Part shown: positions 21,510-31,463 of the stretch, piece by piece
Layout: each line of letters opens with the position of its first letter
Position numbering within the stretch: the first letter of the stretch is position 1
Assembly: GCA_910578405.1 (NCBI GenBank)
Contig: CAJTQO010000009.1
Coordinates: forward strand, 15,857 to 79,856
Direction of reading: 5' to 3'
From: an uncultured Lachnospiraceae bacterium
Lineage (GTDB): Bacteria; Bacillota; Clostridia; Lachnospirales; Lachnospiraceae
DNA: 64,000 bases
Notes under the pieces: generated by a model
The model's database searches: none
The model's input: the letters and a program-made list of their open reading frames with translations, nothing else
What the model was told of the DNA's origin: nothing
Made by a program: the position numbers and the translations under genes

Positions 21510-22265
21510 TTACCGGATACAGGAAAGCATACATTCCAGCGCAGCTTCCGAAAACAGCTTCCCCGTTTCCTCCACTTTTACCAGCTTCCCTGCCGTTTCC
21601 CCTATCTTTAGCCCTGCCGGAGCAATCCCTATATCCGCACATTGGAGCATCGAAACATCTAACCCACTGTCCCCGGCCGCAACCACCCTATCCGCTTTCA
21701 GCCTTTCCTTCAGTCTTGAAACCGCGCTTCCTTTCGTCAGCTCTTTTGGCATCGCGTATACCTTCCTCCCGCTATGGAACACCTCCACGAAATCGCTGTC
21801 CAGTTTTCTTCGCAGCCATGCCGCCGACGCTTGCGCCTGCCCGCTTTTCGTAAAAAGGAACAGCCCCTCCACCTCCCTCACCTCGAAACTCCGCCGCTTG
21901 TCTTTCTCCATCAATAGCCTGGCCCGTGCCAGCTCCTGTCCGCTCTTTTGCGCCAGCCTATGCGATTCCAGACGCCACCTTTCCTCCACCGTTTCGCCCG
22001 TAAGCAACACCCCGCCATTGCAGGCCAGGGCATAGGGCAGCTCCCCGATTTCCAAATCCACTCTCCGGTATTGCTCTACGCTGCGTGTCGTCACAGGCAC
22101 GATTAAAGCCCTGTGCGAAAGCTCCCGCAGCAGCCTCCAGGAACGCTCCGACAAAAAGGCTCCTTCCCTTCCATGGTAATATTCCACACACCTTTTAGGC
22201 TCCTTCCAGTCATGTTTATAAGAATAAATCAATGTATTGTCAAGATCCAGGCAACATATCGTCAT
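21510..22265 (-). CDS. HAD superfamily hydrolase, Ter-associated type
   Basis: DLDNTL motif I, PVTTRS, CNGG, GDSGLD. Confidence 0.88.
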   Translation of the reverse strand: MTICCLDLDNTLIYSYKHDWKEPKRCVEYYHGREGAFLSERSWRLLRELSHRALIVPVTTRSVEQYRRVDLEIGELPYALACNGGVLLTGETVEERWRLESHRLAQKSGQELARARLLMEKDKRRSFEVREVEGLFLFTKSGQAQASAAWLRRKLDSDFVEVFHSGRKVYAMPKELTKGSAVSRLKERLKADRVVAAGDSGLDVSMLQCADIGIAPAGLKIGETAGKLVKVEETGKLFSEAALECMLSCIR

Positions 22266-22439
22266 AACAAAACCCTTTCCTCTTTTCTTATATACTATGG
22301 CATATCTTTCCACTGCCAACGAAAGGGCGCGTCAGTTTTCCTTCTCCTGGCCTTATATGCAAAAACGCCCTGTATGGTTCCCCACACAGGACGCAAGCTG
22401 CTTGCTTTGCCCTTTCCTTCCCCATTATCCGCAGGCGCC

Positions 22440-25100
22440 TTAACCTTTTGCGTTCACCACGGCTTTGCGAATCAAATCCACCGGAATCATGGTCGCTCCC
22501 AGCAAAATCACCGTTACCCAGCCGACTATGCCAAAAGGCACGCAACTGAACATATTCCCAATCCAAGTAAATACCTCTACCGGAATCAAAGCGGCGTTGA
22601 CAATAAAAGCCTGCACTAACACAACGATAAAGAACACTTTCAGGAATCCGGTATTTTCATTCAGCCTTTTGAAAATCCCAAAGGAATCATCCCTCACATT
22701 GAACCCGTTGAACAGGGCGCTGACAATAAAAAGAACAAAATATCCGGTCAAATGCTGCGCTTCATTTTCAAACAGTCCGATAAAAAACGGATGTTTCAAA
22801 TACACAAAGCTAATCAAGGTCAGCCAGGCGCCCATTGTCACAATTTGCGCCATCATCTGTCTGCTGACAATGTTTTCGTCCCTGCGCCTTGGTTTCTCTG
22901 TCATATACTTTCTCAAGGCAGGCTCATTGCCTAACATAATGGCGCCCAGGCTGTCCATTACCAAGTTCACAAAAAGCAAGTGCGTCACCTTCAAAGGCTC
23001 CTCCACTCCAAAGAACGGCGCAATGGCGCTGACCACCACTGCCGCCACATTAATCACTAACTGAAACTTACAGAATTTCAAAATGTTATGGTAAATCGTC
23101 CTTCCATACCAGATGGCATCCTTGATGGATTTGAAATTGTCATCCAAAATTACAATTTTACCAGCCTCTTTGGCCGCTTCCGTGCCGCTGCCCATAGCAA
23201 ACCCCACATCCGCCCGCTTTAACGCCGGGGAATCGTTTACGCCGTCACCCGTCATGCCAACCACCAGGTTCATCTCCTGACACAGTCTGACCATACGTGA
23301 TTTATCCGTAGGCAAAGCCCTGGCAATCACACGGATCTGAGGAATGATTTTCTTCACTTCCTCGTCCGTCATTTCATTCAACTGTGCCGAAGACAGCGCT
23401 TTGTCCGTACTTTCCCTTAGCAGTCCTGCATCTTTGGCAATGGCAACGGCTGTCTCCAGACGATCCCCGGTAATCATTACCACCTGAATCCCTGCGCTTT
23501 GCACTTCCTGGATTGCTTCTTTCGCCTCCGGCCTTACATCATCCCGGATGCCCACCAAGCCAATAATCACAATATCGTCATTAATTTTATTTTCCACCAT
23601 GGCTTGTTCGGAATAACCAAACGCCAGCACACGCATAGCCTTAGACGCAAGCCCGTCTATCTTCCGGTCCAGCACAGCCTTGTCCATAGGCTTCACCTTT
23701 CCGTCCCCATCCAGATACTTCCCAGCCGAAGCTAACAGCCGTTCCGGCGCGCCTTTATAAAAAGTCTTTCCTAAACTGTCAATCCTGGCCTGGCTGAATT
23801 TATTAGTGGAATTAAATCCCTGGCTGGCTGTCACCACATAATCCCGCGTTGCGCCCAGCGCATGGAACGTAGCCTCTCCGATAAATTTCATCAAAGCCTG
23901 GTCTGTGGCATTCCCGCCGATGACCCTATGCGTTGCGTCATACATGGACTGTGTATTCTTCCCAATCGCCAAATCCACCAATCCTTTTACGCTGCCATGC
24001 TTCTCCAGCTCCGTTAAAGGAATGGACTGGCCGTCCGCCGTAAAGAAATCCACCACCTCCAGCATTCCTTTTGTAATGGTTCCGGTCTTGTCGCTAAACA
24101 AAATATTCAAAGAACCTGCCGTCTCAATTCCTTCCGCTTTACGCACAAGCACATTATGATCCAGCATTTTGCTCGTATTTTGCATCAGCACAAGCGAAAT
24201 CATTAACGGCAGACCTTCCGGCACCGCACATACGATAATCACGATGGCTAACGACACTGCCTCCACCACATCTTTAATGATTTCCGTTGCGCCTGTGGCA
24301 AAATAAGCCGAAAAACCGCCTGCGGAAACAATAAAATACGCAAAATACAAAATGGAAATCACAATCGCCCCAATGTAGCCAAATGTGGAAATCTGCTTTG
24401 CCAGTTTGGCCAGTTTTACTTTAAGCGGCGAGTCCGGTTCGTCTTCCTGCATTTCTTCCGCCATTTTGCCCATCATGGTTTTCAGACCGACTTTCCTTAC
24501 ATCCAGTATCCCTTCCCCGTCAAACACTACCGCGCCGCGGAACAAAGAATGCGCGTCCACGAAAGTTTCCCCGGTAATATCCTCCGGCAGTTGGAAGCTT
24601 TCGTCCGCCTCTGTCTTTTTACACTCTTCCGCTTCCCCATTCAGGGCGGAATTATCCACCCGCAGCGAACCGGACGCCAATATACCGTCCGCGGGAATCT
24701 TATCTCCAGACTGCAGCAGTATTTTATCCCCTACCACCACTTCATCCACCGCAATGACCGTAACCTCCCCATTGCGGTGCGCCTTACACTCGTCTTTTTT
24801 CGTGCTGTCCTTTAATTCCCTGTATTTCGTATCGCTGGATACCCCGGTCTTTGCCGAAACCACCGCTACAATCAGGACGGCCGCAATTGTCCCCAAAGGC
24901 TCATAAATTTCCGCATACCCAAAGAAAAACATAGCTATCATCAATGCCGCGATTGCAAGCAGAATCCGAATCATCGGGTCACTGAATGTCTCTTTAAATT
25001 CTTCCCAAAACGTAGTAGGCTCCGAATCCGGAATCTCATTGGAGCCGTATTTTTGGCGGGAAGCTTCCACTTCCTTATCTGTAAGTCCGTTATATTTCAT
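22440..25100 (-). CDS. Calcium-translocating P-type ATPase, PMCA (P2B)-like
   Basis: VPEGLPL, DKTGT, KGAPE, TGD, GDGVND; actuator motif reads NGEA. Confidence 0.92.
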   Translation of the reverse strand: MKYNGLTDKEVEASRQKYGSNEIPDSEPTTFWEEFKETFSDPMIRILLAIAALMIAMFFFGYAEIYEPLGTIAAVLIVAVVSAKTGVSSDTKYRELKDSTKKDECKAHRNGEVTVIAVDEVVVGDKILLQSGDKIPADGILASGSLRVDNSALNGEAEECKKTEADESFQLPEDITGETFVDAHSLFRGAVVFDGEGILDVRKVGLKTMMGKMAEEMQEDEPDSPLKVKLAKLAKQISTFGYIGAIVISILYFAYFIVSAGGFSAYFATGATEIIKDVVEAVSLAIVIIVCAVPEGLPLMISLVLMQNTSKMLDHNVLVRKAEGIETAGSLNILFSDKTGTITKGMLEVVDFFTADGQSIPLTELEKHGSVKGLVDLAIGKNTQSMYDATHRVIGGNATDQALMKFIGEATFHALGATRDYVVTASQGFNSTNKFSQARIDSLGKTFYKGAPERLLASAGKYLDGDGKVKPMDKAVLDRKIDGLASKAMRVLAFGYSEQAMVENKINDDIVIIGLVGIRDDVRPEAKEAIQEVQSAGIQVVMITGDRLETAVAIAKDAGLLRESTDKALSSAQLNEMTDEEVKKIIPQIRVIARALPTDKSRMVRLCQEMNLVVGMTGDGVNDSPALKRADVGFAMGSGTEAAKEAGKIVILDDNFKSIKDAIWYGRTIYHNILKFCKFQLVINVAAVVVSAIAPFFGVEEPLKVTHLLFVNLVMDSLGAIMLGNEPALRKYMTEKPRRRDENIVSRQMMAQIVTMGAWLTLISFVYLKHPFFIGLFENEAQHLTGYFVLFIVSALFNGFNVRDDSFGIFKRLNENTGFLKVFFIVVLVQAFIVNAALIPVEVFTWIGNMFSCVPFGIVGWVTVILLGATMIPVDLIRKAVVNAKG

Positions 25101-25113
25101 TTAAAATTGCCTC

Positions 25114-25707
25114 CTAGCGTGCTATATATCGGTTGACCAGTTCACCCAGCCCCGGGTCGTTCGTCCCCTGCCCAATGGCGCTGAATTTCCATTCCCCGTT
25201 ATGCCGGTACACCTCTCCGAAAATCATTGCCGTCATCCCCGGATAGCTTTCCGTCAGGTTATACTTGCACATTTCCCTGTTTGTCTTCCCATCCACCAGA
25301 CGGATAAACGCATTTTCAATCAAACCGAAATGCTGCTTTCTCTGCATGGCCTGGTAAATATTGACTACCAGCACAATTCTGTCATACTGTGCCGGAATCC
25401 TAGCCAAATCCACGATAATCTGCTCATCATCCCCTTCCCCTGCGCCCGTCAGGTTGTCCCCCAAATGCTGCACCGTGCCGGACATATGCTGCAGATTGCC
25501 AAAATACACCACATCCGCCTTGTCCCTTAAATATCCGCCCTGCAGCAGGATGGCCGACGCATCGCAGTCAATGGGCGCGGGCTTCTTTGAAAAGAAACCG
25601 CCCTTCTGCTTTACCTCATCCCAGCCCAGCCCAATCATCACGGTGGAAAGCCCCGCGCTCTCCTTGGTTAAACTAACCTTCTGACCCTTCTGTAAACTAA
25701 TTGACAT
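25114..25707 (-). CDS. TerD-family protein (TerZ/YceC-like)
   Basis: [40 protein letters not shown]. Confidence 0.93.
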   Translation of the reverse strand: MSISLQKGQKVSLTKESAGLSTVMIGLGWDEVKQKGGFFSKKPAPIDCDASAILLQGGYLRDKADVVYFGNLQHMSGTVQHLGDNLTGAGEGDDEQIIVDLARIPAQYDRIVLVVNIYQAMQRKQHFGLIENAFIRLVDGKTNREMCKYNLTESYPGMTAMIFGEVYRHNGEWKFSAIGQGTNDPGLGELVNRYIAR

Positions 25708-25857
25708 TTCCTCATCTCCTATTCCAGTTCCGAATCCTGCGATATAAGGCCTCCCTTATGGAAGGATTTCAATCCGTTCACACGTCTTGAATTCCTTCCC
25801 GCCCTTTTTTCACAGGATTCTGATTTCCAGTTCCGTATCCTGTGATAAATGGCCCTG

Positions 25858-26439
25858 CTACTCAACATCTACGCCATAGTTGGCGCACAGCGCAGCCAGG
25901 CCGCCCTGATAGCCGCTGCCTATGGCGTTGAATTTCCACTCGCTGCCGTTTTTGTACAGCTCCCCAAACACGGCCGCCGTTTCAATGGAAAAGTCTTCGC
26001 CTAAATCGTAACGCAAAAGCTCTTCCCCTGTCACTTCATTGTAAATCCGGATAAATGCATTGTTCACCTGGCCGAAATTCTGCCGCCGCACATCCGCATC
26101 GTAAATCGTCACCGTAAACGCTATTTTTGTAATATTGGCGGGCACCATGGATAAGTCCACGGTAATCTGCTCATCATCCCCGTCCCCGGCGCCTGTCAGG
26201 TTATCGCCCATATGCTGCACGCTCCCGGACGGATGGGTCAGATTTCCAAAAAATACAAAATCTTCCGGCTTCGACACCCTCCCGGTATCCGTTAACATAA
26301 ACGCTGCCGCATCCAAATCAAAATCCCCTCCTGTGTCAAACTGGTTTACGTCCCACCCCAGTCCGACCACCACTTTGGATAACCCCGGATTATCCTTTGT
26401 AATGCTTACCTTCTGCCCCTTTTTTAAACTAATCGGCAT
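25858..26439 (-). CDS. terD: TerD-family protein
   Basis: [41 protein letters not shown]. Confidence 0.93.
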   Translation of the reverse strand: MPISLKKGQKVSITKDNPGLSKVVVGLGWDVNQFDTGGDFDLDAAAFMLTDTGRVSKPEDFVFFGNLTHPSGSVQHMGDNLTGAGDGDDEQITVDLSMVPANITKIAFTVTIYDADVRRQNFGQVNNAFIRIYNEVTGEELLRYDLGEDFSIETAAVFGELYKNGSEWKFNAIGSGYQGGLAALCANYGVDVE

Positions 26440-26550
26440 ATCCCTCAACCATCCTTTCTCTCTTTCCCCTTTCCATAGCCACTGGATTTGCATGGCGACT
26501 CCCGAAACTTCCAAGGCCATGTTCCTTGCCGCTTTTTCCTTTTTTTCCTG

Positions 26551-27132
26551 TTACGCAACCTCAATCCCATAATGCCCGCACAGCGCAGCCAGACCGCCCT
26601 GGAAGCCGCTGCCTATGGCATTGAATTTCCACTCGCCGTTATGCCGGTACAATTCCCCCACCACCACTGCCGTTTCAATGGAAAAATCTTCCCCCAGGTC
26701 ATAGCGGATTAACTCCCGCCCCGACGCTTCATCCACAATCCGGATAAAAGAATTCGCCACCTGGCCAAAATTCTGCCGCCGCACATCCGAATCATAGATG
26801 GTCACTGTAAATGCAATCTTGGATACGTTCCCCGGTATTTTAGTCAGGTCAATCTCTATCTGCTCATCGTCTCCTTCCCCTTCCCCGGTCAGATTGTCTC
26901 CCATATGTTTTACCGCACCGCTGCCGTGTTCTAAGTTTCCGTAAAAGATAAATTCCTTCTCTGTCGGGCATTTCCCATTGTCCCCCAGCATAAACGCAGC
27001 CGCATCCAGGTCAAAATCCGCGCCGGAATCGTATGCGTTCACATCCCAGCCCAAACCTACCATAATATTTTTTAACCCCGGATTCCCTTTCGTTAAATCC
27101 ACTTTCTGTCCCTTTGATAAATTAATCGGCAT
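26551..27132 (-). CDS. terD: TerD-family protein
   Basis: [40 protein letters not shown]. Confidence 0.93.
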   Translation of the reverse strand: MPINLSKGQKVDLTKGNPGLKNIMVGLGWDVNAYDSGADFDLDAAAFMLGDNGKCPTEKEFIFYGNLEHGSGAVKHMGDNLTGEGEGDDEQIEIDLTKIPGNVSKIAFTVTIYDSDVRRQNFGQVANSFIRIVDEASGRELIRYDLGEDFSIETAVVVGELYRHNGEWKFNAIGSGFQGGLAALCGHYGIEVA

Positions 27133-27154
27133 AGTCTATTACCTCCTCTGCATC

Positions 27155-28300
27155 TTAATATTTTTGGTTCGGCATATGATACATCCTGTTGAACTCCGCT
27201 TTGATATTCTCAAGCTTTGCCTGATCCTCCACACGCTGTTTCCTGGCGTTTTCCTGAATCTGCTTTGTCTCGTCAATACCTGTTACTATCGTCCTCCAGG
27301 TTGTTTCCAAAGTTTCAATCTTAATCGAACTGCCCGATGCCAGCCTTGCCGTCATCTTGGACTGCTCTACCGTATTTTTCGCATTTTTAAGCAACATCTC
27401 ATTTGTCTTTTCATCCAATGCCGACATAGCCTCTGCCTGAACCCGCTGCCGCTTTAACATAATCGCCTGCGCCAGCGCCTGCTTAAATACAGGCAGGGTA
27501 ATAATAAATGCAGAATTTATCTTCCGCACCAGGTTCATATTGCTGAATTCCATCGTTTTAATCATGGGAATGGACTGCATGGCAATGCTCTCCGCCGTCC
27601 GCAAATCCTGCGTTCTCTGCTCCAGCATCATCAATGCCTGCTGCAGGCTCTGGATTTCAAACTGGATGGAATTGTCCCTTGTGGCCTCCATATCCGCCTG
27701 CCTTTGCGCAATATATGTCTCCAGCTCATGACAGCCCTGCTCCCCTGCCAAAATGTATTTCACAAGCTGATGATAATATTCCACATTCGCGTCAAACATC
27801 TCATCCAACTTCCGGTTCGACTGCTTAATCTCCGCCTCATACTGCTTTAACTGGATATAGATTTTATCCACCTCTTCCCCCATAGTATGGTACTTTTCCA
27901 ATATTTTATCTAACTGTCTGCGCAGATTGCCAAAAAGTTTCCCAAATAACGTAGGGTTCTCCTTAATTTCGTCAATATCAAACTTCTCCATCACCTTGGC
28001 CAAAGTGTGCAGCATCTGGCTGGAATCATCCAACTGCGACATATTCATACTGTTTAAAATCACATCCGAAGCTTTGGATATTTCTTCTGCGGCTTTTGCC
28101 CCAAAAGAGACGATTGTCTCCAGATTGTCAATTTCAATCGTGCTTACTAACGCGTCCACCTCCGCAGAATTTACCAACGTCTGGTTCATCTGCGCTCTGT
28201 CCGCCACAATATCATACTGCTCCACCACTATCAGCTCATCCTTGGCGTCCGCTGCCGTTACGATTTGCTGTGTTTTTGCCTTACTAAAATCAAGTCCCAT
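27155..28300 (-). CDS. Toxic anion resistance protein (TelA/YceH family)
   Basis: Helical coiled-coil protein; LEQRTQDLR, NLVRKINSAFIITLPVFK; next to terD genes. Confidence 0.88.
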   Translation of the reverse strand: MGLDFSKAKTQQIVTAADAKDELIVVEQYDIVADRAQMNQTLVNSAEVDALVSTIEIDNLETIVSFGAKAAEEISKASDVILNSMNMSQLDDSSQMLHTLAKVMEKFDIDEIKENPTLFGKLFGNLRRQLDKILEKYHTMGEEVDKIYIQLKQYEAEIKQSNRKLDEMFDANVEYYHQLVKYILAGEQGCHELETYIAQRQADMEATRDNSIQFEIQSLQQALMMLEQRTQDLRTAESIAMQSIPMIKTMEFSNMNLVRKINSAFIITLPVFKQALAQAIMLKRQRVQAEAMSALDEKTNEMLLKNAKNTVEQSKMTARLASGSSIKIETLETTWRTIVTGIDETKQIQENARKQRVEDQAKLENIKAEFNRMYHMPNQKY

Positions 28301-28388
28301 ACTGTTCCCTCATCTCCTTACCATCCATTCCTCTAAACCCAAAGGTTACGCCTAAAAACCACCTTCACAGGCCACTTTGAAAAAAGCG

Positions 28389-30662
28389 TCAAGCCTTCCT
28401 GAAAATCCTCTCCATCCATCCTCTCTTCCCTGCGCCGGAGCCGGCCGCTGCGAAATCCGGCACACGCAAATCATACATATATTCACCCAACTGGTGTTCT
28501 TCCAAAAGCCCTCCCTGAAAATGCCCTTCCACGCTCCGGTACCCGGTTGGCACAAAGAAGACTACATCAAACCCCATCAAATGCAGAAGCGCCATTAAAA
28601 TGGAATCCTCCAGCGAAATTACCTTTTCCCCTGCATTAATATAGACTGCCTTGGGATTTTGCCTGGTAAAATCAAACTTCTGAATCAGCCTTACCAACTC
28701 TTTTTTCATATTCAGCGCCGTGGCAATGGCTGTATACTCCGTCCCGTTTTCATAAATCCCCTTTATCAGCCTGCGGTCCAACAGCGTCTGCAACTGGTCC
28801 AAAATATGCTCCTGCACCTGCTCCCGCAGCATACCGTAAGGATATGCCGTATGCTGCTTTATTTTCTCCCGCAATAGCTTCCCGTTTTTCAGAAAGCCGG
28901 ACGCATAGGGCCTGACCGGGTTTTCCTCCATGGAATCCACAAAAGGCGCCTTTTTGATAAAATAAGCGTCCCCTGTCTGCAATGCCCGGATTCCCGCCCA
29001 ATACCTGGACAAATCCCCATCCTTTACCCCGGATGCCTTGGCAAAAAGAACAGGCATACTGACTACATCCCCCACCGTACTGAAATTGGGCCGGTACTTT
29101 AACTCCTGCTTCCAAAGAATGGCGATTTCCTCATAGGTGGTCTGCAGCGTAACCGCTACCGCTTTCCCATACTGCTGGTTCCGGTACATGCCCGAATCCT
29201 CGTACAACAGCGTATCCAGCTCCTGCTGCGCCTGGTAAGCCACCGTGCCGATATGCAGCCCTATATCTTCCCTTGGAAACTTCTGCACTGTCAGGCTCTC
29301 CTCATAATTCTTTTCATACAACAGCGCATCTTCCAGACAGCACCTATCCTGCCGGTTCGGCTTCAGCGTCAGCACATCCACCGGCAGCCGCGCCAGCAGG
29401 CGTAAGAACATAGCTTCCTTCCCGTGCCTGCAGCCTCCCATATGGATAAAACAGCTGACCTGCGGCATCTTCCATCCGGCAAACAGCTTCTCCTGATACC
29501 GTTTCAGCCAGCACAGCAATACCACGGCCTGGTTGGTCAGCCGGTTTAACGCCGCGTCTGCCTTCGCCGCCTCCTCCATCATCACATCCAGAAACCCTTT
29601 GACCATCAGACGGTGCAACTGCATATCCGCCGGATACTGAATATTGCCCGACAAACCCAAAAGCATATCCTCTGTCCTGGTGTAGTTGCCCCGCCTTACC
29701 GCTCCGATTTCCTCCGGGGCCGGCGGCGGTATTTCCCCGTCCACTATCAACAGCCTGCGCCCGCTGTTTTTTAAAGCGGCCTGGAACTCATACAGCTCCT
29801 TTCGGTAAGTCAGCTTATCCTCCACCCCCTGGATGCGGCAGTAACAATTATAAAACAGCTTCGGGTCGCTCCCCCGTTCTGAGGGCGCCACCCGGAAATC
29901 CTCCAGCCCCTTCCCCGTTATCCATGCATTGGTGCAATTGCTGATTTCGGGCAGTTTCCCGTACAACCGCTGCGCATCCTGCTTCTTTTTGGCCTCTTCC
30001 CGTATCCGCTCCAGACAATACCCATCCGGGAATCGCCCCATCCCCGGCAGCTCTAAGTTATCTGACAGAACCGATGCAGCGTCTAACTTCCGGTAATTCC
30101 CGTCCCCGTTATACTGCAGCAGCGCCACATCGCACCCGGCGCCTGCCAGCGCATGTAAAAGCTGCAGCTCATAAGCCCCAATCTCACCCTCATACAATAC
30201 CTTTGGCGCCCTGCTGCCGCCAAGCTGCCTTACAACCCGCTCAAAACGGTAGTACAGCCAACACATAAATTTAATATACGCGTTTTTAAGCATATTCTCA
30301 TTCTTACCGTTTTTGCGCAATCCATCCAGCACATCATACAGCCCTGCCGCCAACGCGTCCCTCTGGCCCCTGTCCATCCGCGGCAACCACTTTTTCAGGC
30401 TGGCAGTGAGAAAACCCATGCTAAGCTGAAAATCATCGCCCATGATTTCCTTATAATAGGCCAGGTTTTTTCCGTCCGGGTTGGGAATCCTGCCTTCCAC
30501 CACAACGCCCCCGCTCCTGGCCTCCTCATAATATCTTCTGATAAATGCGTCCACTTCTTCGTTATATCCGTTAATCCGGTAAAAATAAATCCCTCTGCCA
30601 TCCCTTTGCTCCAACGTAAGGAAATAATCCTCCAGCCGTTGAAGCTTCGCACGTCCAAACAT
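28389..30662 (-). CDS. YceG family protein (Ter-associated) with three internal repeats
   Basis: TVAYQAQQE, TTYEEI, RPNF, FDFT, GFDVVFFVPTGY motifs; adjacent to telA/terD as in Bacillus yceC-H. Confidence 0.82.
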   Translation of the reverse strand: MFGRAKLQRLEDYFLTLEQRDGRGIYFYRINGYNEEVDAFIRRYYEEARSGGVVVEGRIPNPDGKNLAYYKEIMGDDFQLSMGFLTASLKKWLPRMDRGQRDALAAGLYDVLDGLRKNGKNENMLKNAYIKFMCWLYYRFERVVRQLGGSRAPKVLYEGEIGAYELQLLHALAGAGCDVALLQYNGDGNYRKLDAASVLSDNLELPGMGRFPDGYCLERIREEAKKKQDAQRLYGKLPEISNCTNAWITGKGLEDFRVAPSERGSDPKLFYNCYCRIQGVEDKLTYRKELYEFQAALKNSGRRLLIVDGEIPPPAPEEIGAVRRGNYTRTEDMLLGLSGNIQYPADMQLHRLMVKGFLDVMMEEAAKADAALNRLTNQAVVLLCWLKRYQEKLFAGWKMPQVSCFIHMGGCRHGKEAMFLRLLARLPVDVLTLKPNRQDRCCLEDALLYEKNYEESLTVQKFPREDIGLHIGTVAYQAQQELDTLLYEDSGMYRNQQYGKAVAVTLQTTYEEIAILWKQELKYRPNFSTVGDVVSMPVLFAKASGVKDGDLSRYWAGIRALQTGDAYFIKKAPFVDSMEENPVRPYASGFLKNGKLLREKIKQHTAYPYGMLREQVQEHILDQLQTLLDRRLIKGIYENGTEYTAIATALNMKKELVRLIQKFDFTRQNPKAVYINAGEKVISLEDSILMALLHLMGFDVVFFVPTGYRSVEGHFQGGLLEEHQLGEYMYDLRVPDFAAAGSGAGKRGWMERIFRKA

Positions 30663-30681
30663 GGAACCAGTCCTTCCGCCT

Positions 30682-31272
30682 CTAATACCTGTTCATTTTG
30701 TTTTTATGCATCACATATCCAAGCCCTGCGCCTACCAAACCGCCAAGGATATGCGTTAAGTTCGCCACATTATCCTGCAAAAACAACCCTTCGTAAATCT
30801 GCCCGCCGATATAAACCGCCGCCACCAGCGCCAATGTAATCGGCACCGTTCCCTCCTTTACGCTCGTAAAAGGAGAAAGCAGGATAAAGGCAAACACCAC
30901 ACCGCTGGCTCCCAATAACTGTACATGGGGGAAAAAGACAAAATTCACAACCCCTGTCACCAAAGCCGTGGCCAATATAACAAACAGCAGATTCGAAGAC
31001 CCATACTTTTCCTCCAACAATGGCCCCACCACCAGGATTAACATAATATTCCCGATAAAATGAGACCAGTTCGCATGTCCGAAAATATGACAGACCATCC
31101 GTATATACGTAAAAGGGCTGAGCAACGAAGAATGGTACACACTAAAAACAGCATGGTTCGCCCACCCCCGCGTCAGCCAGTTCAACAACAATGCGGTAAA
31201 ACAAATCATAGTAAACCCCAGGACAACCGGGGAATTAAAAGAAAATCTAATTTTCTTTCCCGTACCTTTCAT
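30682..31272 (-). CDS. Rhomboid family intramembrane serine protease
   Basis: HANWSHFIGN, GASG (catalytic Ser), THILGG (catalytic His). Confidence 0.92.
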   Translation of the reverse strand: MKGTGKKIRFSFNSPVVLGFTMICFTALLLNWLTRGWANHAVFSVYHSSLLSPFTYIRMVCHIFGHANWSHFIGNIMLILVVGPLLEEKYGSSNLLFVILATALVTGVVNFVFFPHVQLLGASGVVFAFILLSPFTSVKEGTVPITLALVAAVYIGGQIYEGLFLQDNVANLTHILGGLVGAGLGYVMHKNKMNRY

Positions 31273-31411
31273 ATCCTTACCTCACGCCCGCCCCTGCGGG
31301 CCAAAACCAAAGCCAGGCTTATCCAAATCCCTACTCATACCCTTCCTTTCCTGGCTTTTACCCTTACGCAATCAGTTCCCTTCCCTGAAATCCCCCCTTA
31401 CCATTCCAACC

Positions 31412-31440
31412 ATTATACCAACAATTCCCCAAAGTGTAAA
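31412..31440 (-). promoter_or_regulatory. Sigma-A promoter for the rhomboid-yceG-telA-terD operon
   Basis: TTTACA-17-TATAAT with extended TG. Confidence 0.7.
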
Positions 31441-31463
31441 GCCTCTTCCAAATAGAATCCGCC

